Assembly (NCBI GenBank): GCA_039698035.1
Contig: JBDKSW010000019.1
Span: 66,140 to 130,139, forward strand
Direction: 5' to 3'
Source: Thermoguttaceae bacterium
Lineage (GTDB): Bacteria > Planctomycetota > Planctomycetia > Pirellulales > Thermoguttaceae
DNA: 64,000 bases
Positions within the stretch are counted from its first letter, which is position 1; every line of letters starts with the position of its first letter. Positions 28,870 to 38,750 of this stretch are shown here, one piece after another. The notes below the pieces were generated by a model that did not search any database, had not been told where the DNA came from, and saw nothing but the letters and a program-made list of their open reading frames with translations. The translations under genes were made by a program, and so were the position numbers.

Positions 28870-29586
28870 ATGTCCGCTGCCACACCGAACACAAGCACCT
28901 CCGTTCTTCGCGTCCTGCACCGCATTCAACGTCAGTTGGCCGATCTCCACGAGCGGCTCGATCGCGGCCCACGACAGGCCCGCGCCGCCGAAATGAACGT
29001 CCAACGATGCGAAGACCATCTGACGCAAGTGAAGAACGAGTCCAAGGCGCTTCGCATGGCGGCCGACCAGAGACAGCTTCAGCTCAAGACGGGCGAGGAA
29101 AAGATCAAGGACCTCCGGCGGAAGCTCAACGCGGCGTCCAGCAACCGCGAGTATCAGGCCCTGCTCGAACAGATCGCCGCCGACGAAATGGCCGCCAGCG
29201 TGCTGACGGACGAAATCCTCGAAGCGATGGAAAAGGCCGACGACTTCGGCAAGAACATCACCGAGGCCGAAGCCGCGCTCGCCGGCGCTAAACAGAAGGC
29301 CGATCAGGTTCGCGCCGAGGTCGCCGAGCAAGAGCCCCTGTTGCAGGCGGACGTGACTCGGCTTCAAGCCGAACTGCGGCAGGCCGAAGAAGGCTTGCCC
29401 GAAGACACCCGCGAGCTCTACCATCGCATCGTCCGGCAAAAGGGCGAGGATGCCTTGGCAGTCGTTGAAAACCAGTGTTGCACTGGCTGCAATCAGCGGA
29501 TCACTTTGAACGTCTACAGCCAAGTCAAGCTAGGACAGCCCATCGGGTGCAAGACGTGCGGTCGGCTGCTCTATCTGCCGGAATGA
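28870..29586 (+). CDS. Coiled-coil protein with C-terminal C4 zinc ribbon (DUF164/COG1579-like)
   Basis: 238 aa. It has long heptad-rich helices, then CCTGCNQRI...GCKTCGRLLYL. Confidence 0.7.
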   Translation: MSAATPNTSTSVLRVLHRIQRQLADLHERLDRGPRQARAAEMNVQRCEDHLTQVKNESKALRMAADQRQLQLKTGEEKIKDLRRKLNAASSNREYQALLEQIAADEMAASVLTDEILEAMEKADDFGKNITEAEAALAGAKQKADQVRAEVAEQEPLLQADVTRLQAELRQAEEGLPEDTRELYHRIVRQKGEDALAVVENQCCTGCNQRITLNVYSQVKLGQPIGCKTCGRLLYLPE

Positions 29587-29589
29587 GCG

Positions 29590-31530
29590 ATGTCCAAAAG
29601 GTCACGACGCCGCCGTCCCGAACCGCCGCCGGCGTCCGTGTGCGGCTTGTCCCGCCCCGATGCAGCGCCGGTCAGCCATGAGCCGCTCGCTCGGCGCGTG
29701 TTGACTGTCTGGTGGGGCCCCGTCGCCATCGCCAGCGCGGCACTCGCAATGCTCGCCTGGACTTGGGGGACATGGCCGGACGTTCTCATTGACTTCGGCG
29801 TCGAGCGTTACATCCCCTGGCGACTGGCCCAGGGCGACGTTCTCTACAGGGACATCGCGTTCCATAACGGTCCCTTCTCACAATATTTCAACGCGCTCTG
29901 CTTCGGCCTTTTCGGTTCCAGCCTGCGCACGCTCGTTTTTTCCAACCTCGTCTGGCTGGCGCTGTTGATCTGCCTGCTGCACTACGCATTGCGGCAAGTC
30001 GGCAGTCGCACGGCCGCCACGATCGCCTGTCTGGTGTTCGTGCTGCTGTTTGCGTTTGGCCAGTATCTCGGGATCGGTAATTACAACTACGTCTGTCCCT
30101 ACGCGCACGAGATGACGCACGGATTGACGCTGTCCCTGGCGGCCGTCGTCGCGGCATGGCCGGCCGACCGCCGCCAACGGAGCCGAATGGCCCTCGGCGG
30201 ACTCGCGCTGGGCATCGCGTTTCTCACGAAGACCGAAGTCTTCCTGCCGGGCGCCTTCGCGACTGCCACAGCCGTCGCGCTCAGCCTCTGGTTCCAGCGG
30301 CCCGGCTGGCGGCCGACCATCGCGCGAGTCGGCTGTTTTCTGATCGCTTTTCTGGTTCCGCCGACGATCGCCTTCGTGTGCCTGGCAACGGCCATGCCCA
30401 CCGCGCAGGCCATGCTCGGAACGCTGGGCACCGGGGCCGTCGCCTTGCATCGCGACATTCTCGACTTGCCATTCTATCGGCGCGGCATCGGACTGGACCA
30501 GCCAATGCACAACGCGTGGCTGATGCTGTCGCTGACGGGCCTTGAGGCGATCATTTTGGCGCCGGCAGCCGCGCTCGGGCTCTTGCTGCGGCGGCCCCAG
30601 CGATTCCGCCGCGTCATTGTCGCGGCCGTGTTCTTCGCGATGGGTGCAATTCTTTGGTGTTTGCAAACGCACATTCCTTGGTACGACATGGCGCGTCCGC
30701 TGCCCATCTTGATGCTCGCCATGGCAGCGGCCGTCGTGGCAAGTTTCGTCAGGGGCCCTCGGAAACGGGCCGACCAGTTCCGATTGGTCCGACAGGTGTC
30801 GCTGTTGGTATTTGCGATGGTCTTGTTGACCAAGATCGCCCTCTACGCGAGGATCTATCACTACGGTTTCATCCTGGCCATGCCGGCAGTGTTGCTGCTG
30901 TGCGTCGCAGCGTTCGATTGGATTCCGCGATTCCTCGATCGTCGCGGCGGCTTCGGTCCCGTGTTTGCCGCGGCGGCCGCCGCCTTGCTCTCGGTCACGA
31001 TCGTCGCCCACCTCGACGTCCAGTCGCAACTGATCAGCGCGAAGACATGCCGGGTCGGCGCGGGGGCCGACGCCTTCTGGGCCTACGCCGCCGGCGACCT
31101 GGTCAACACAATCACGGCCGAGATCGCCAAACGAACGCCGCCGGCCAAGACCCTAGCCGTCTTCCCCGAAGGCGTCATGATCAACTGCCTCACGCGGCTC
31201 CGGAACCCAACGCCATATATCCACCTGATGCCAACCGAGTTGATATTGTTCGGCGAGCAGCGAATTCAAGCGGCCTACCAGGCCCATCCGCCGGACCTGA
31301 TCGTTTTCGCCCACAAGGACACATCCGAGTTCGGGCTGCGCTTCTTCGGCCAGAATTACGGCCAGCGACTCGCCGATTGGGTCCTCGCCAACTATCGGCC
31401 CGTCGCACTGGCCGGCTCGCTGCCGTTCCAGAACGACCAGTTCGGAATCCTGTTGCTGGAGAAGAAAGACGGCCCGGCAACGGAAGAAGACGCGCCGCGG
31501 CGATCGGACATGCGCAACGGCGGGCAGTGA
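29590..31530 (+). CDS. Large polytopic membrane protein, GT-C (ArnT/PMT_2, GT39-like) putative glycosyltransferase
   Basis: 646 aa. A basic N-terminus is followed by more than 10 hydrophobic segments and a C-terminal soluble domain. The early loop YRDIAFHNGPFSQYFNAL and the overall architecture resemble GT-C enzymes. The assignment is by topology only. Confidence 0.5.
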   Translation: MSKRSRRRRPEPPPASVCGLSRPDAAPVSHEPLARRVLTVWWGPVAIASAALAMLAWTWGTWPDVLIDFGVERYIPWRLAQGDVLYRDIAFHNGPFSQYFNALCFGLFGSSLRTLVFSNLVWLALLICLLHYALRQVGSRTAATIACLVFVLLFAFGQYLGIGNYNYVCPYAHEMTHGLTLSLAAVVAAWPADRRQRSRMALGGLALGIAFLTKTEVFLPGAFATATAVALSLWFQRPGWRPTIARVGCFLIAFLVPPTIAFVCLATAMPTAQAMLGTLGTGAVALHRDILDLPFYRRGIGLDQPMHNAWLMLSLTGLEAIILAPAAALGLLLRRPQRFRRVIVAAVFFAMGAILWCLQTHIPWYDMARPLPILMLAMAAAVVASFVRGPRKRADQFRLVRQVSLLVFAMVLLTKIALYARIYHYGFILAMPAVLLLCVAAFDWIPRFLDRRGGFGPVFAAAAAALLSVTIVAHLDVQSQLISAKTCRVGAGADAFWAYAAGDLVNTITAEIAKRTPPAKTLAVFPEGVMINCLTRLRNPTPYIHLMPTELILFGEQRIQAAYQAHPPDLIVFAHKDTSEFGLRFFGQNYGQRLADWVLANYRPVALAGSLPFQNDQFGILLLEKKDGPATEEDAPRRSDMRNGGQ

Positions 31531-31571
31531 CGCCAGCGATGCGACGCTTGCCGGCGATTTGGGGCCGGCCG

Positions 31572-33671
31572 TCATCCCACATCGCCCAGTTCGAGCGCCT
31601 TGCCGTAACGCACCATGATCATCCGCCGCAGCTTGGCGTGCTCGTCGGCGGCAAGCCCGCGATCGGCTGCGACCAGCGCCTGGGCGTCCCGACGCGCCTC
31701 TTCCAACGTCGCCCCGTCTCGCAGCAGATCGGCCACGCGCAACGGCGGCAACCCGTGTTGCCGGGTGCCAAACATATCGCCGGGCCCTCGAAGTTTGAAA
31801 TCCGTCTCGGCCAGCTCGAATCCGTCCGTGGAAGCGACGAACGCCTGGAGCCGGGCGATGGACTCTTCGGTCCGAGGGTCGCCAAAAACGCAACAGAAAC
31901 CGGGGAACTTCCCACGGCTGACGCGCCCGCGAAGCTGATGCAGTTGGGCCAGTCCAAAACGATGCCCGCCCTCGATTGTCATCAGCGTGGCATTGGGAAC
32001 ATCGACGCCCACCTCGACGACCGACGTGCAAACCAGGGTCTGAATGTCGCCGCTTCGAAATCGGTCCATGACGTCGTCTTTTTCGGCCGAACTCATCCGG
32101 CCGTGGATCAGCCCGAGGCGAAACGCCTCCAACTCGCCATTGGCCAGCGTCTCGTAGGTTTCGTCCAGGCTGGCGACCTCCATCGCGTCCGACTCCTCGA
32201 CCAGCGGCGCGACCACGTAGCCCTGCCGCCCCTCGGCCAGCTTGCGCCGGAAGAAGGCCCACCACTTGGCCCGCTGCCCCTCGTTGGCCAGGTACGTGTT
32301 GACCTTCTGCCGGCCCGGCGGCATGTCGCGCAGCGTCGAAACATCGAGATCGCCGAACAGGGTCATCGTCATCGTGCGGGGAATGGGCGTAGCCGTCATC
32401 ACCAGGTAATGCGGGTCGATCCCCGCCTGTTTGAGCTTAGCCCGCTGAAGCACGCCGAACCGGTGTTGCTCGTCGATAATCACCAGCCCAAGTTTGGCGA
32501 ACGACACGTCCTCCTGAATGATCGCCTGGGTGCCGACGACGATGTCGACCTGCCCGCCCGCAATCTGTTCCAGCAGGGCCGCGCGCTGCGACGCCGCGAG
32601 CCCGCCGGTCAGTTGGGCACGACGCACTTGGCTGGCGGCCAGCATCTTTTCCAATGTCAGCGCGTGCTGCCGCGCAAGCACTTCCGTCGGCGCCATCAGA
32701 ACGGCCTGATGCCCGTGGGCGACGGCCAGCAGCATGGCGTACACGGCCACCACCGTCTTGCCGCTCCCCACGTCCCCCTGCAACAGCCGGTTCATCGGCA
32801 GCGGTCCAGCCATGTCGGCCGCAATCTCGCCAATCGCTCGCTGTTGCCCCGCTGTCAGCTCGAAGGGAAACAGCCGGCGGATTCGCGCGTCAATCCGCGA
32901 CGTCGCCTCCAGCGACGGGGCCGTCCGCTGGTCGCGTTGCTGCTGACGCTTCAAGGCCAACGCCAATTGCAGAATCAGCAACTCTTGATAGACCAGCCGC
33001 CGTCTGGCGCGCTCCAAGGCTTCCTGGTCGCTCGGGAAATGGATTTGCGGCAACGCCTCCCTCAGCGGCAACAACTCGTGATCCCGCAAGTACTCCTCGG
33101 GAAACACCTCGTCGAGCACCTCGACGTACGTCTCGAGTGCGCCGCGCACGATCCGCCGCATCTGCCACTGAAGCAATCCTTCGGTCAGCGCGTAGACCGG
33201 CCGAATCTTGGCTGCCGGCTCGTCTTCCTCCGCGTCGAGAGCCTCGACCCGCGGATGGTGCATCTGCCAGACAAGGCCCTCGTGCTTCGGCTTGCCCGAA
33301 ACCATCACCCGCTCGCCGATCTCGAACCGGGCGCGCATCATCGGCTGGTTGAACCAGAGCGCCCGCACATACCCCGATCCGCATCGCACCGAAACGCCCA
33401 GCACGCAGCCGCCCGTACTCGTGCCGCGAAAATCGATGTCGTCGACTACGCCGCGAACGCTTTGCAGCTTGCCTTCCTCAAGTCGGTCAACTTCCCGCTG
33501 CTCGACGAACTCTTGGTAGTCCCGCGGAAAGAAGAACAGGACATCCCGTGCCGTGCGCAGGCCAAGCCTTTCGAGCAAGTCCGCGCGGGCCGGCCCCACG
33601 CCTTTCAGAAAGCCAATCGGCGTGGCAAGTTGCTCGGCGGCGGTTCGTTCCATGGCAGCCATTCGACCCAT
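31572..33671 (-). CDS. recG: ATP-dependent DNA helicase RecG
   Basis: The wedge/OB N-terminus reads LKGVGPARADLLERLGL. The helicase motifs are GDVGSGKT, DEQHRFG, MTATPIPRT and QLHQLRGRVSRG. The start is one of three clustered Met codons (33653-33671). Confidence 0.9.
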   Translation of the reverse strand: MGRMAAMERTAAEQLATPIGFLKGVGPARADLLERLGLRTARDVLFFFPRDYQEFVEQREVDRLEEGKLQSVRGVVDDIDFRGTSTGGCVLGVSVRCGSGYVRALWFNQPMMRARFEIGERVMVSGKPKHEGLVWQMHHPRVEALDAEEDEPAAKIRPVYALTEGLLQWQMRRIVRGALETYVEVLDEVFPEEYLRDHELLPLREALPQIHFPSDQEALERARRRLVYQELLILQLALALKRQQQRDQRTAPSLEATSRIDARIRRLFPFELTAGQQRAIGEIAADMAGPLPMNRLLQGDVGSGKTVVAVYAMLLAVAHGHQAVLMAPTEVLARQHALTLEKMLAASQVRRAQLTGGLAASQRAALLEQIAGGQVDIVVGTQAIIQEDVSFAKLGLVIIDEQHRFGVLQRAKLKQAGIDPHYLVMTATPIPRTMTMTLFGDLDVSTLRDMPPGRQKVNTYLANEGQRAKWWAFFRRKLAEGRQGYVVAPLVEESDAMEVASLDETYETLANGELEAFRLGLIHGRMSSAEKDDVMDRFRSGDIQTLVCTSVVEVGVDVPNATLMTIEGGHRFGLAQLHQLRGRVSRGKFPGFCCVFGDPRTEESIARLQAFVASTDGFELAETDFKLRGPGDMFGTRQHGLPPLRVADLLRDGATLEEARRDAQALVAADRGLAADEHAKLRRMIMVRYGKALELGDVG

Positions 33672-33850
33672 TCTAGAACGCCAGGCCCGCGCCAGCCAGC
33701 GGCACGGCACGGCCTCGCAGCCCTTCGGCCCGAGGCCTCTTGCCACGATTCGCCGGTTTGGCACAATAGTATTCGGCTGGACCAAACCCATCCACCAGGG
33801 TTGCCACGCATCGCCGATCCCAAACCGCCGCTAATCCCGCGAGGATCCCC

Positions 33851-34123
33851 ATGACTGCCGGCAATTGCCAAACGCAAGCTCAGTTCGACCAGCTCAAGAC
33901 GGGCGATCGCGTCGCCGTCGAACATACGGTCACCGTCGGGCAGAAAAGCTGGCGAAAGACGACCCTCGGAACGGTCATCCGCACCGAACGACGCCGCCAC
34001 GGCCTTCACTTCGACCGCGGCTCCGACGACCAGGTCTTCAGCGATGTTATCCTCCTCGAACTGCCCGACGGCGAACTCGCCGACATCACCATCGACGAGT
34101 TCACGGTCATCCATCGGGTCTAG
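33851..34123 (+). CDS. Small hypothetical protein (90 aa)
   Basis: MTAGNCQTQAQFDQLKTGDRVAVEHTVTVGQKSWRKTTLGTVIRTERRRHGLHFDRGSDDQVFSDVILLELPDGELADITIDEFTVIHRV. Its composition is balanced. The overlapping 416-aa track ORF is R/P-rich junk in this part. Confidence 0.5.
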   Translation: MTAGNCQTQAQFDQLKTGDRVAVEHTVTVGQKSWRKTTLGTVIRTERRRHGLHFDRGSDDQVFSDVILLELPDGELADITIDEFTVIHRV

Positions 34124-34230
34124 CTGAACGTGTCCCCTCGCCCTTTGGGCGAGGGGCTTTAGGGGTGACGGCGGCGGTTGCCCCGCTTGCCGACGGCCGG
34201 TGGGGCCAGTACGCTGATATATTTCCCGCC

Positions 34231-35115
34231 ATGCCCGATTCATCGCCCGACAGCCGGCTGTTCCAATCCCATCCCCGCACCTTCGCGGCCGGGCGCCACG
34301 TCTACCCTGTGCTGAGCCGCCGCGCGGGCGGAATCTCGATCGGCGTCAACCTGAACCTCGACCGCCGCTGCAATTTCAACTGCGTTTACTGCCAGGTCGA
34401 TCGCTCGACGCCGGCCAACACCGCGCCGATTGATTTGGAACAATTGGCCGCCGAACTGGATCAGATGGTCGAGCTGGTCGTCTCCGGCCGAATCTTTGAT
34501 GGTCCGCAGTTCCGCGACACGCCGGCCGCCTTGCGGCGGCTGAACGATATCGCCCTAAGCGGCGACGGCGAACCGACGCTTTCGGCCAACTTCGAGCAGG
34601 CTGTCGAACGGTGCGCGGAGGTTCGCCGCCGACATGGCCTGGACAACGTCAAGATCGTGCTGATTACCAACGCCACCGCGCTGGATCACCCGCGCGTCCG
34701 CAAGGCGCTCGCCACGCTCGACCGCAACGGCGGCGAGATCTGGGCCAAGCTCGACGCCGGCACCGAAGACTACTATCGGCTGGTCGATCGCTCGACGGTC
34801 CCTTGGCAACGAATCCTTGACAACCTGCGGGCGGCCGCCACGGCCCGGCCCATTGTCATCCAGTCGCTCTTCATGCGAATCCGCCAAGAAGCGCCGCCCG
34901 CCGCCGAGTTGGACGCCTACTGCGCACGGCTTCAAGAGATCGTGGCCGCCGGCGGTCAGATCAAGCTGGTCCAGATTCACACCATCGCTCGCCGACCGGC
35001 CGAACCCTGGGTCGCGCCGCTGAGCAACGCCGAGATCGACGCCATCGCCAACCTGGTCCGCCATCGCACGGGCCTCTCCACCGCCGCCTTCCACGGCGCA
35101 GCCGAGTTCACCTAA
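34231..35115 (+). CDS. Radical SAM protein (COG0731-like), function unknown
   Basis: I start it at ATG 34231 (MPDSSPDSRLFQ..). The CxxxCxxC cluster is CNFNCVYC, followed by ALSGDGEPTL. Confidence 0.75.
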   Translation: MPDSSPDSRLFQSHPRTFAAGRHVYPVLSRRAGGISIGVNLNLDRRCNFNCVYCQVDRSTPANTAPIDLEQLAAELDQMVELVVSGRIFDGPQFRDTPAALRRLNDIALSGDGEPTLSANFEQAVERCAEVRRRHGLDNVKIVLITNATALDHPRVRKALATLDRNGGEIWAKLDAGTEDYYRLVDRSTVPWQRILDNLRAAATARPIVIQSLFMRIRQEAPPAAELDAYCARLQEIVAAGGQIKLVQIHTIARRPAEPWVAPLSNAEIDAIANLVRHRTGLSTAAFHGAAEFT

Positions 35116-35179
35116 GAAGCCTCGCACGATCAACGCCCCGACCGACCGAACAAGAGCAGGCCCGGCCCCAGCCAGCTTG

Positions 35180-36301
35180 CTATCCGACGGCCCGTCCCAG
35201 AAGCCGCAGCGACGCATAGAGCAACGCAATCGCGCCGACGACGGCCAAAACCGTCTTGACGCTGTCCATGGTGGGCAACGAAACGGTCACCGAACGCGGA
35301 GGCGCAGAGGCCGGAACCAGCGTGGGCTTTGGAACTTCGACGGAACACGAAACGCTCGGCGCCGCTCGACCCGCATGCGCAACTGGCGCAGCGACCGGCT
35401 GCGGCCTGGGCGGCGTGGATAGCGTGGTGGGCGCGGGCGACGGCGACACGGCGACCCCTCCGGCCGCCGTCTGGCCGCTCGAAATCGCAACCAGCGGCGC
35501 CGGATCGCGGGGCGCGGCCGGCTGACGAGCAGCCGCCATCTGCAAGGAGAGCCGCTGAAAATCTCCATCGACCAAGGCCAGAAACCAGCGGACGCGGCCA
35601 CAGTAGCTGCCCGTCGTGCGGCCAAACCCGGAGCCAAAAAGGACGCCGGCCAGCTCGCCGCGGCTGTTAAAGATCGGCCCGCCGGAGTCGCCTTGTCGTG
35701 CGGCCACGTCGAGCTCGACCATTTCGTACGGCAGATTCTGACCTGGCGAGAGGTACTCGGTGCAGCGGCCCGACACGGCCCGATACGGCCCGCTTCCGTA
35801 GCCGGCGATGGTGAGCGTGTCGCCCGGCTGCGGCGATTGGCTCGCCAGGGGAATCGGCGCGACGTTGGGCCGCCAGACGATCAGCGCGGCCAAGTCCCAG
35901 TCGCGGTCGGTTCGAGCAACCGTGGCCGCCGAGCGGAAGCCATTGGGAAAAATGACGCCGACCTGACCCGCTGCATCGCGGACGACGTGCCAGTTGGTGA
36001 TGACCAAGCCGAACGAGTCGTTGACGGCCACCAAGGAACCCGAGCCCAACGACATGCCGTCGCGTTCGGGAGCGACGACGCGGACCACGGCCGGATGCGG
36101 CTGGGCGTAAGAGGCTGCCCAGCTTGTCGCGCCAGCAAAAACGCTCAATGCCGCAAAAGCAGCAACGACAACGAGCCGCCAACACGACACGACAACCCAA
36201 CGGCCGCCCGCGAATCGCTCGGCGAGCGCCGATCGGATCCGGGTTCGCTTCGGGTAACTGTCCGCGGCGGTTGGCAACAGAGAATATCCCATCCTCCCCA
36301 T
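35180..36301 (-). CDS. Trypsin-like (S1/DegP-type) serine protease with N-terminal signal anchor, Pro-rich linker and C-terminal TM anchor
   Basis: The catalytic triad context is TNWHVV, DWDLAAL and GDSGGPIF. The start is the Met at 36301 or 36292. The C-terminal helix is TVLAVVGAIALLYASLRLL. Confidence 0.75.
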   Translation of the reverse strand: MGRMGYSLLPTAADSYPKRTRIRSALAERFAGGRWVVVSCWRLVVVAAFAALSVFAGATSWAASYAQPHPAVVRVVAPERDGMSLGSGSLVAVNDSFGLVITNWHVVRDAAGQVGVIFPNGFRSAATVARTDRDWDLAALIVWRPNVAPIPLASQSPQPGDTLTIAGYGSGPYRAVSGRCTEYLSPGQNLPYEMVELDVAARQGDSGGPIFNSRGELAGVLFGSGFGRTTGSYCGRVRWFLALVDGDFQRLSLQMAAARQPAAPRDPAPLVAISSGQTAAGGVAVSPSPAPTTLSTPPRPQPVAAPVAHAGRAAPSVSCSVEVPKPTLVPASAPPRSVTVSLPTMDSVKTVLAVVGAIALLYASLRLLGRAVG

Positions 36302-36523
36302 CGCTTCGACCGCAAACACAGCGGCTGTCCAGCGTTTTTCCGGCGGGACATGGCCCGTCTTGTCAGGCCGGTGTAGATTTGCCGTAGGCGTTGCCAAAAC
36401 CGACGTGTGGAGATATGACGCCCAGACGGCCCGCCGCCGCCAGGCGAAAAACGCTCCGAGCGAACACCATACCTCCGATTGAGTGCAACACCAGCCGTTG
36501 GAGCCAGCGTTAATCCGGTGATA

Positions 36524-36532
36524 TGGTACAAT
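36524..36532 (+). promoter_or_regulatory. Extended -10 promoter element (TGgTACAAT) for the kinase gene
   Basis: TG at 36524-36525 and TACAAT at 36527-36532, 33 nt upstream of the ATG at 36565. There is no good -35. Confidence 0.4.
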
Positions 36533-36564
36533 AAAACTGTCTTGTCGTACCGAACAGGGCAAGC

Positions 36565-38088
36565 ATGGCCAAGCTGAGGGTAGACGATTTTATCGATCTC
36601 GTGCGTCGCAGCGGGCTGGTCGAAAAGGACCGCCTCAATGCGCTGCTGCGCGAGCTCAAACGCGAGGCCGGCGGCCACTCCATCAACGACACCGACTTCG
36701 TCGTTGCCCGGCTTGTCGAAGCCGGCATGTTGACCCGCTGGCAAGCCGATAAGCTGCTCGAAGGCCGCCACAAGGGCTTTTTCCTCGGCAAGTACAAGCT
36801 GCTCGACCATCTCGGCACTGGCGGCATGAGCATGGTCTATCTCGGCGAGCACGTGCTTATGCAGCGTCGCGTCGCCATCAAGGTGCTGCCGAAGAGCCGC
36901 GTCGAAGACACCTCCTACCTCGCCCGATTCCATCGCGAGGCCCAGGCGGCCGCCGCGCTCGACCACCGCAACATCGTCCGGGCATACGATGTGGACAACG
37001 ACGGCAATGTCCACTACCTCGTGATGGAATACGTCGACGGTCGCGACCTCCAGCACATCGTCACCGAGGACGGCCCGCTCGATTATATGACCGCCGCCGA
37101 CTACGTGCGACAGGCGGCCGCCGGGCTCGCGCACGCCCACCGAGCCGGTCTCATCCACCGCGACATCAAGCCGGCCAATCTGCTGATTGACCAGCGGAAC
37201 GTCGTCAAGTTGCTCGACCTCGGGCTGGCCCGCTTCACCGACGAGGACAAGGCGTCGCTGACAGTTGCCTTCGACGAAAACGTGCTCGGCACGGCCGACT
37301 ACCTCGCGCCCGAGCAGGCCCTGGACAGCCACGGCGTCGATGCCCGCGCGGACATCTACGGCCTTGGTTGCTCGATGTACTTCGCGCTGACCGGCCATCC
37401 GCCATTTGTCGGCGGAACGCTGCCACAGCGTCTGATGATGCACCAAAAGGAGCCGCCGCCGAGCATCTTGCTGGACCGGCCCGACGCGCCGCCCGACCTG
37501 ATCGCCATCTGCCTGAAGATGCTGGCCAAGAAGCCGGAGCAACGTTACCAGTCGGCCGGCGAGGTGGCCCACGCCCTGGGCCAATGGCTTCGCATGCACG
37601 GCGCCCAGGTCGAGTCCGGGAGCAACAGCGGTCTTTCGTCGGTCCAACTGGCTGGACAAGCCGCTGCGTTGCCCCGCGCGGAAGCCCTGGACAGCCAACG
37701 AGCGATGCCACGAGCCGTCGGCCTGCCGCCGGGCCGTCGAGCGACGGGCACCGAGCGTCCGCGCGGCATGCCCCCCCTGCCCGGCCGCCCCAACGCACTG
37801 AGCGATACCCTGCCGGGACAAGATCAGCCAACGGTCGCGGGCCCCGGGGCTGGCAGCCACCGTCTGCCGGTCGCCCAGTCGCTCGAGGACGACTCGTCGG
37901 AACAGGTGGTGAACACGGACATCGAACCACTGAAGTTTCGCAGACAGGCGGACTTGCTCATCGACACGCGGCTCGGCGTCTATCTGCCCCCCCGTCAAGG
38001 CATCCGCCTCCGCACCTGGCTAACAGCGGCCATCTGGACCCTGCTGGCCGTCGGGGCGGTGATTGTCTTCCGGGTGATTGGCCGCTAG
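36565..38088 (+). CDS. Membrane-anchored Ser/Thr protein kinase (Hanks type)
   Basis: The motifs are [33 protein letters not shown] and TADYLAPE. The C-terminal TM is [17 protein letters not shown]. Confidence 0.9.
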   Translation: MAKLRVDDFIDLVRRSGLVEKDRLNALLRELKREAGGHSINDTDFVVARLVEAGMLTRWQADKLLEGRHKGFFLGKYKLLDHLGTGGMSMVYLGEHVLMQRRVAIKVLPKSRVEDTSYLARFHREAQAAAALDHRNIVRAYDVDNDGNVHYLVMEYVDGRDLQHIVTEDGPLDYMTAADYVRQAAAGLAHAHRAGLIHRDIKPANLLIDQRNVVKLLDLGLARFTDEDKASLTVAFDENVLGTADYLAPEQALDSHGVDARADIYGLGCSMYFALTGHPPFVGGTLPQRLMMHQKEPPPSILLDRPDAPPDLIAICLKMLAKKPEQRYQSAGEVAHALGQWLRMHGAQVESGSNSGLSSVQLAGQAAALPRAEALDSQRAMPRAVGLPPGRRATGTERPRGMPPLPGRPNALSDTLPGQDQPTVAGPGAGSHRLPVAQSLEDDSSEQVVNTDIEPLKFRRQADLLIDTRLGVYLPPRQGIRLRTWLTAAIWTLLAVGAVIVFRVIGR

Positions 38089-38109
38089 CGGCCGCGATGC
38101 CGCTAGCGG
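38082..38109. terminator. Twin 10-bp palindromes CCGCTAGCGG, a possible bidirectional terminator hairpin at a convergent junction
   Basis: CCGCTAGCGG lies at 38082-38091 and again at 38100-38109, with an 8-nt spacer. The copies can pair with each other to form a 10-bp stem. Each copy contains the TAG stop of one of the two converging genes. Confidence 0.4.
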
Positions 38110-38336
38110 TTTGGCGATGAGGACGCGCACATCTGGTCGCGCACGGCACCGAATCCATCTAGAATGATGCCAGACAGACACACGCAGCTCGATAAGATCA
38201 AGTAATTCTGCCTTGCGTTCATCAAGCTAAGGTGAGCAACGCGGCCTGGAAGCACCTCACTCGGCACAGAGCAGTCCATCGTTAGCGACAAGATGATTCC
38301 GAGAATGCCAGCCACGACGAGCAAATTGGCGACCAT
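38103..38336 (-). CDS. Small hypothetical membrane protein (77 aa, two hydrophobic helices), third gene of the AT-shifted cassette
   Basis: MVANLLVVAGILGIILSLTM...YLILSSCVCLSGIILDGF.. Its ATG directly abuts the TAG of the upstream gene. Confidence 0.45.
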   Translation of the reverse strand: MVANLLVVAGILGIILSLTMDCSVPSEVLPGRVAHLSLMNARQNYLILSSCVCLSGIILDGFGAVRDQMCASSSPNR

Positions 38337-38750
38337 CTACGCCGCCAGCAAGCGGGACATCTCGATTTCGCGGTCACCATACTCGGTAAGGTCGCTCGCA
38401 TAAGGCTCGACATCCGGCTTCGTAACCTGAGCCAACGCGACTGTCAAAAGCACGCCCAGCTTGATCTTGTGGTCGACGATGCCCACCCGAAACGCGCTGG
38501 CAAGTTCCAGAATACGCTTGACACCCTTGACCTCAAACCCAGCCAAGCGGCCATCGTCCATTGACAGGTAAAGCGTTACCCAGCTGTTGAGACGCTTGCG
38601 ATACGTGTCCGTGTCGCGAACGTAGAAGATGATCGAGTCTGCCCCGGGGGCGTAAAACGGCTCGGCCTTAAACGCGACCTTTTCATGCTGCTCGCCATAC
38701 TCCTGTGCAAGCGTGGCGATGTAGTCAGTAACGTTCATTGTGTCGGCCAT
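38337..38750 (-). CDS. Hypothetical protein (137 aa) with DUF2283-like core, second gene of the cassette
   Basis: YAPGADSIIFYVRDTD...LSMDDGRLAGFEVKGVKRIL resembles the DUF2283 pattern. Starting at 38750 gives a 16-nt overlap with the upstream gene. Starting at Met-5 (38738) gives an ATGA overlap. Confidence 0.6.
   Translation of the reverse strand: MADTMNVTDYIATLAQEYGEQHEKVAFKAEPFYAPGADSIIFYVRDTDTYRKRLNSWVTLYLSMDDGRLAGFEVKGVKRILELASAFRVGIVDHKIKLGVLLTVALAQVTKPDVEPYASDLTEYGDREIEMSRLLAA

Noticed and set aside
30654-33854. 1066-aa ORF on the plus strand, the longest ORF on the track
   Set aside because: It lies antisense to recG, which has unambiguous helicase motifs. Its own translation is Arg/Pro/Gly/Ala-rich with no recognisable motif. 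Stop-codon-poor antisense frames are expected at this G+C content.
33851-36301. RiPP-like cluster (small ORF, radical SAM and protease)
   Set aside because: The small ORF looks like a folded domain and not a precursor peptide. The protease is on the opposite strand with its own membrane anchors. The radical SAM gene has no obvious RRE or SPASM domain. I kept it only as a low-interest note.
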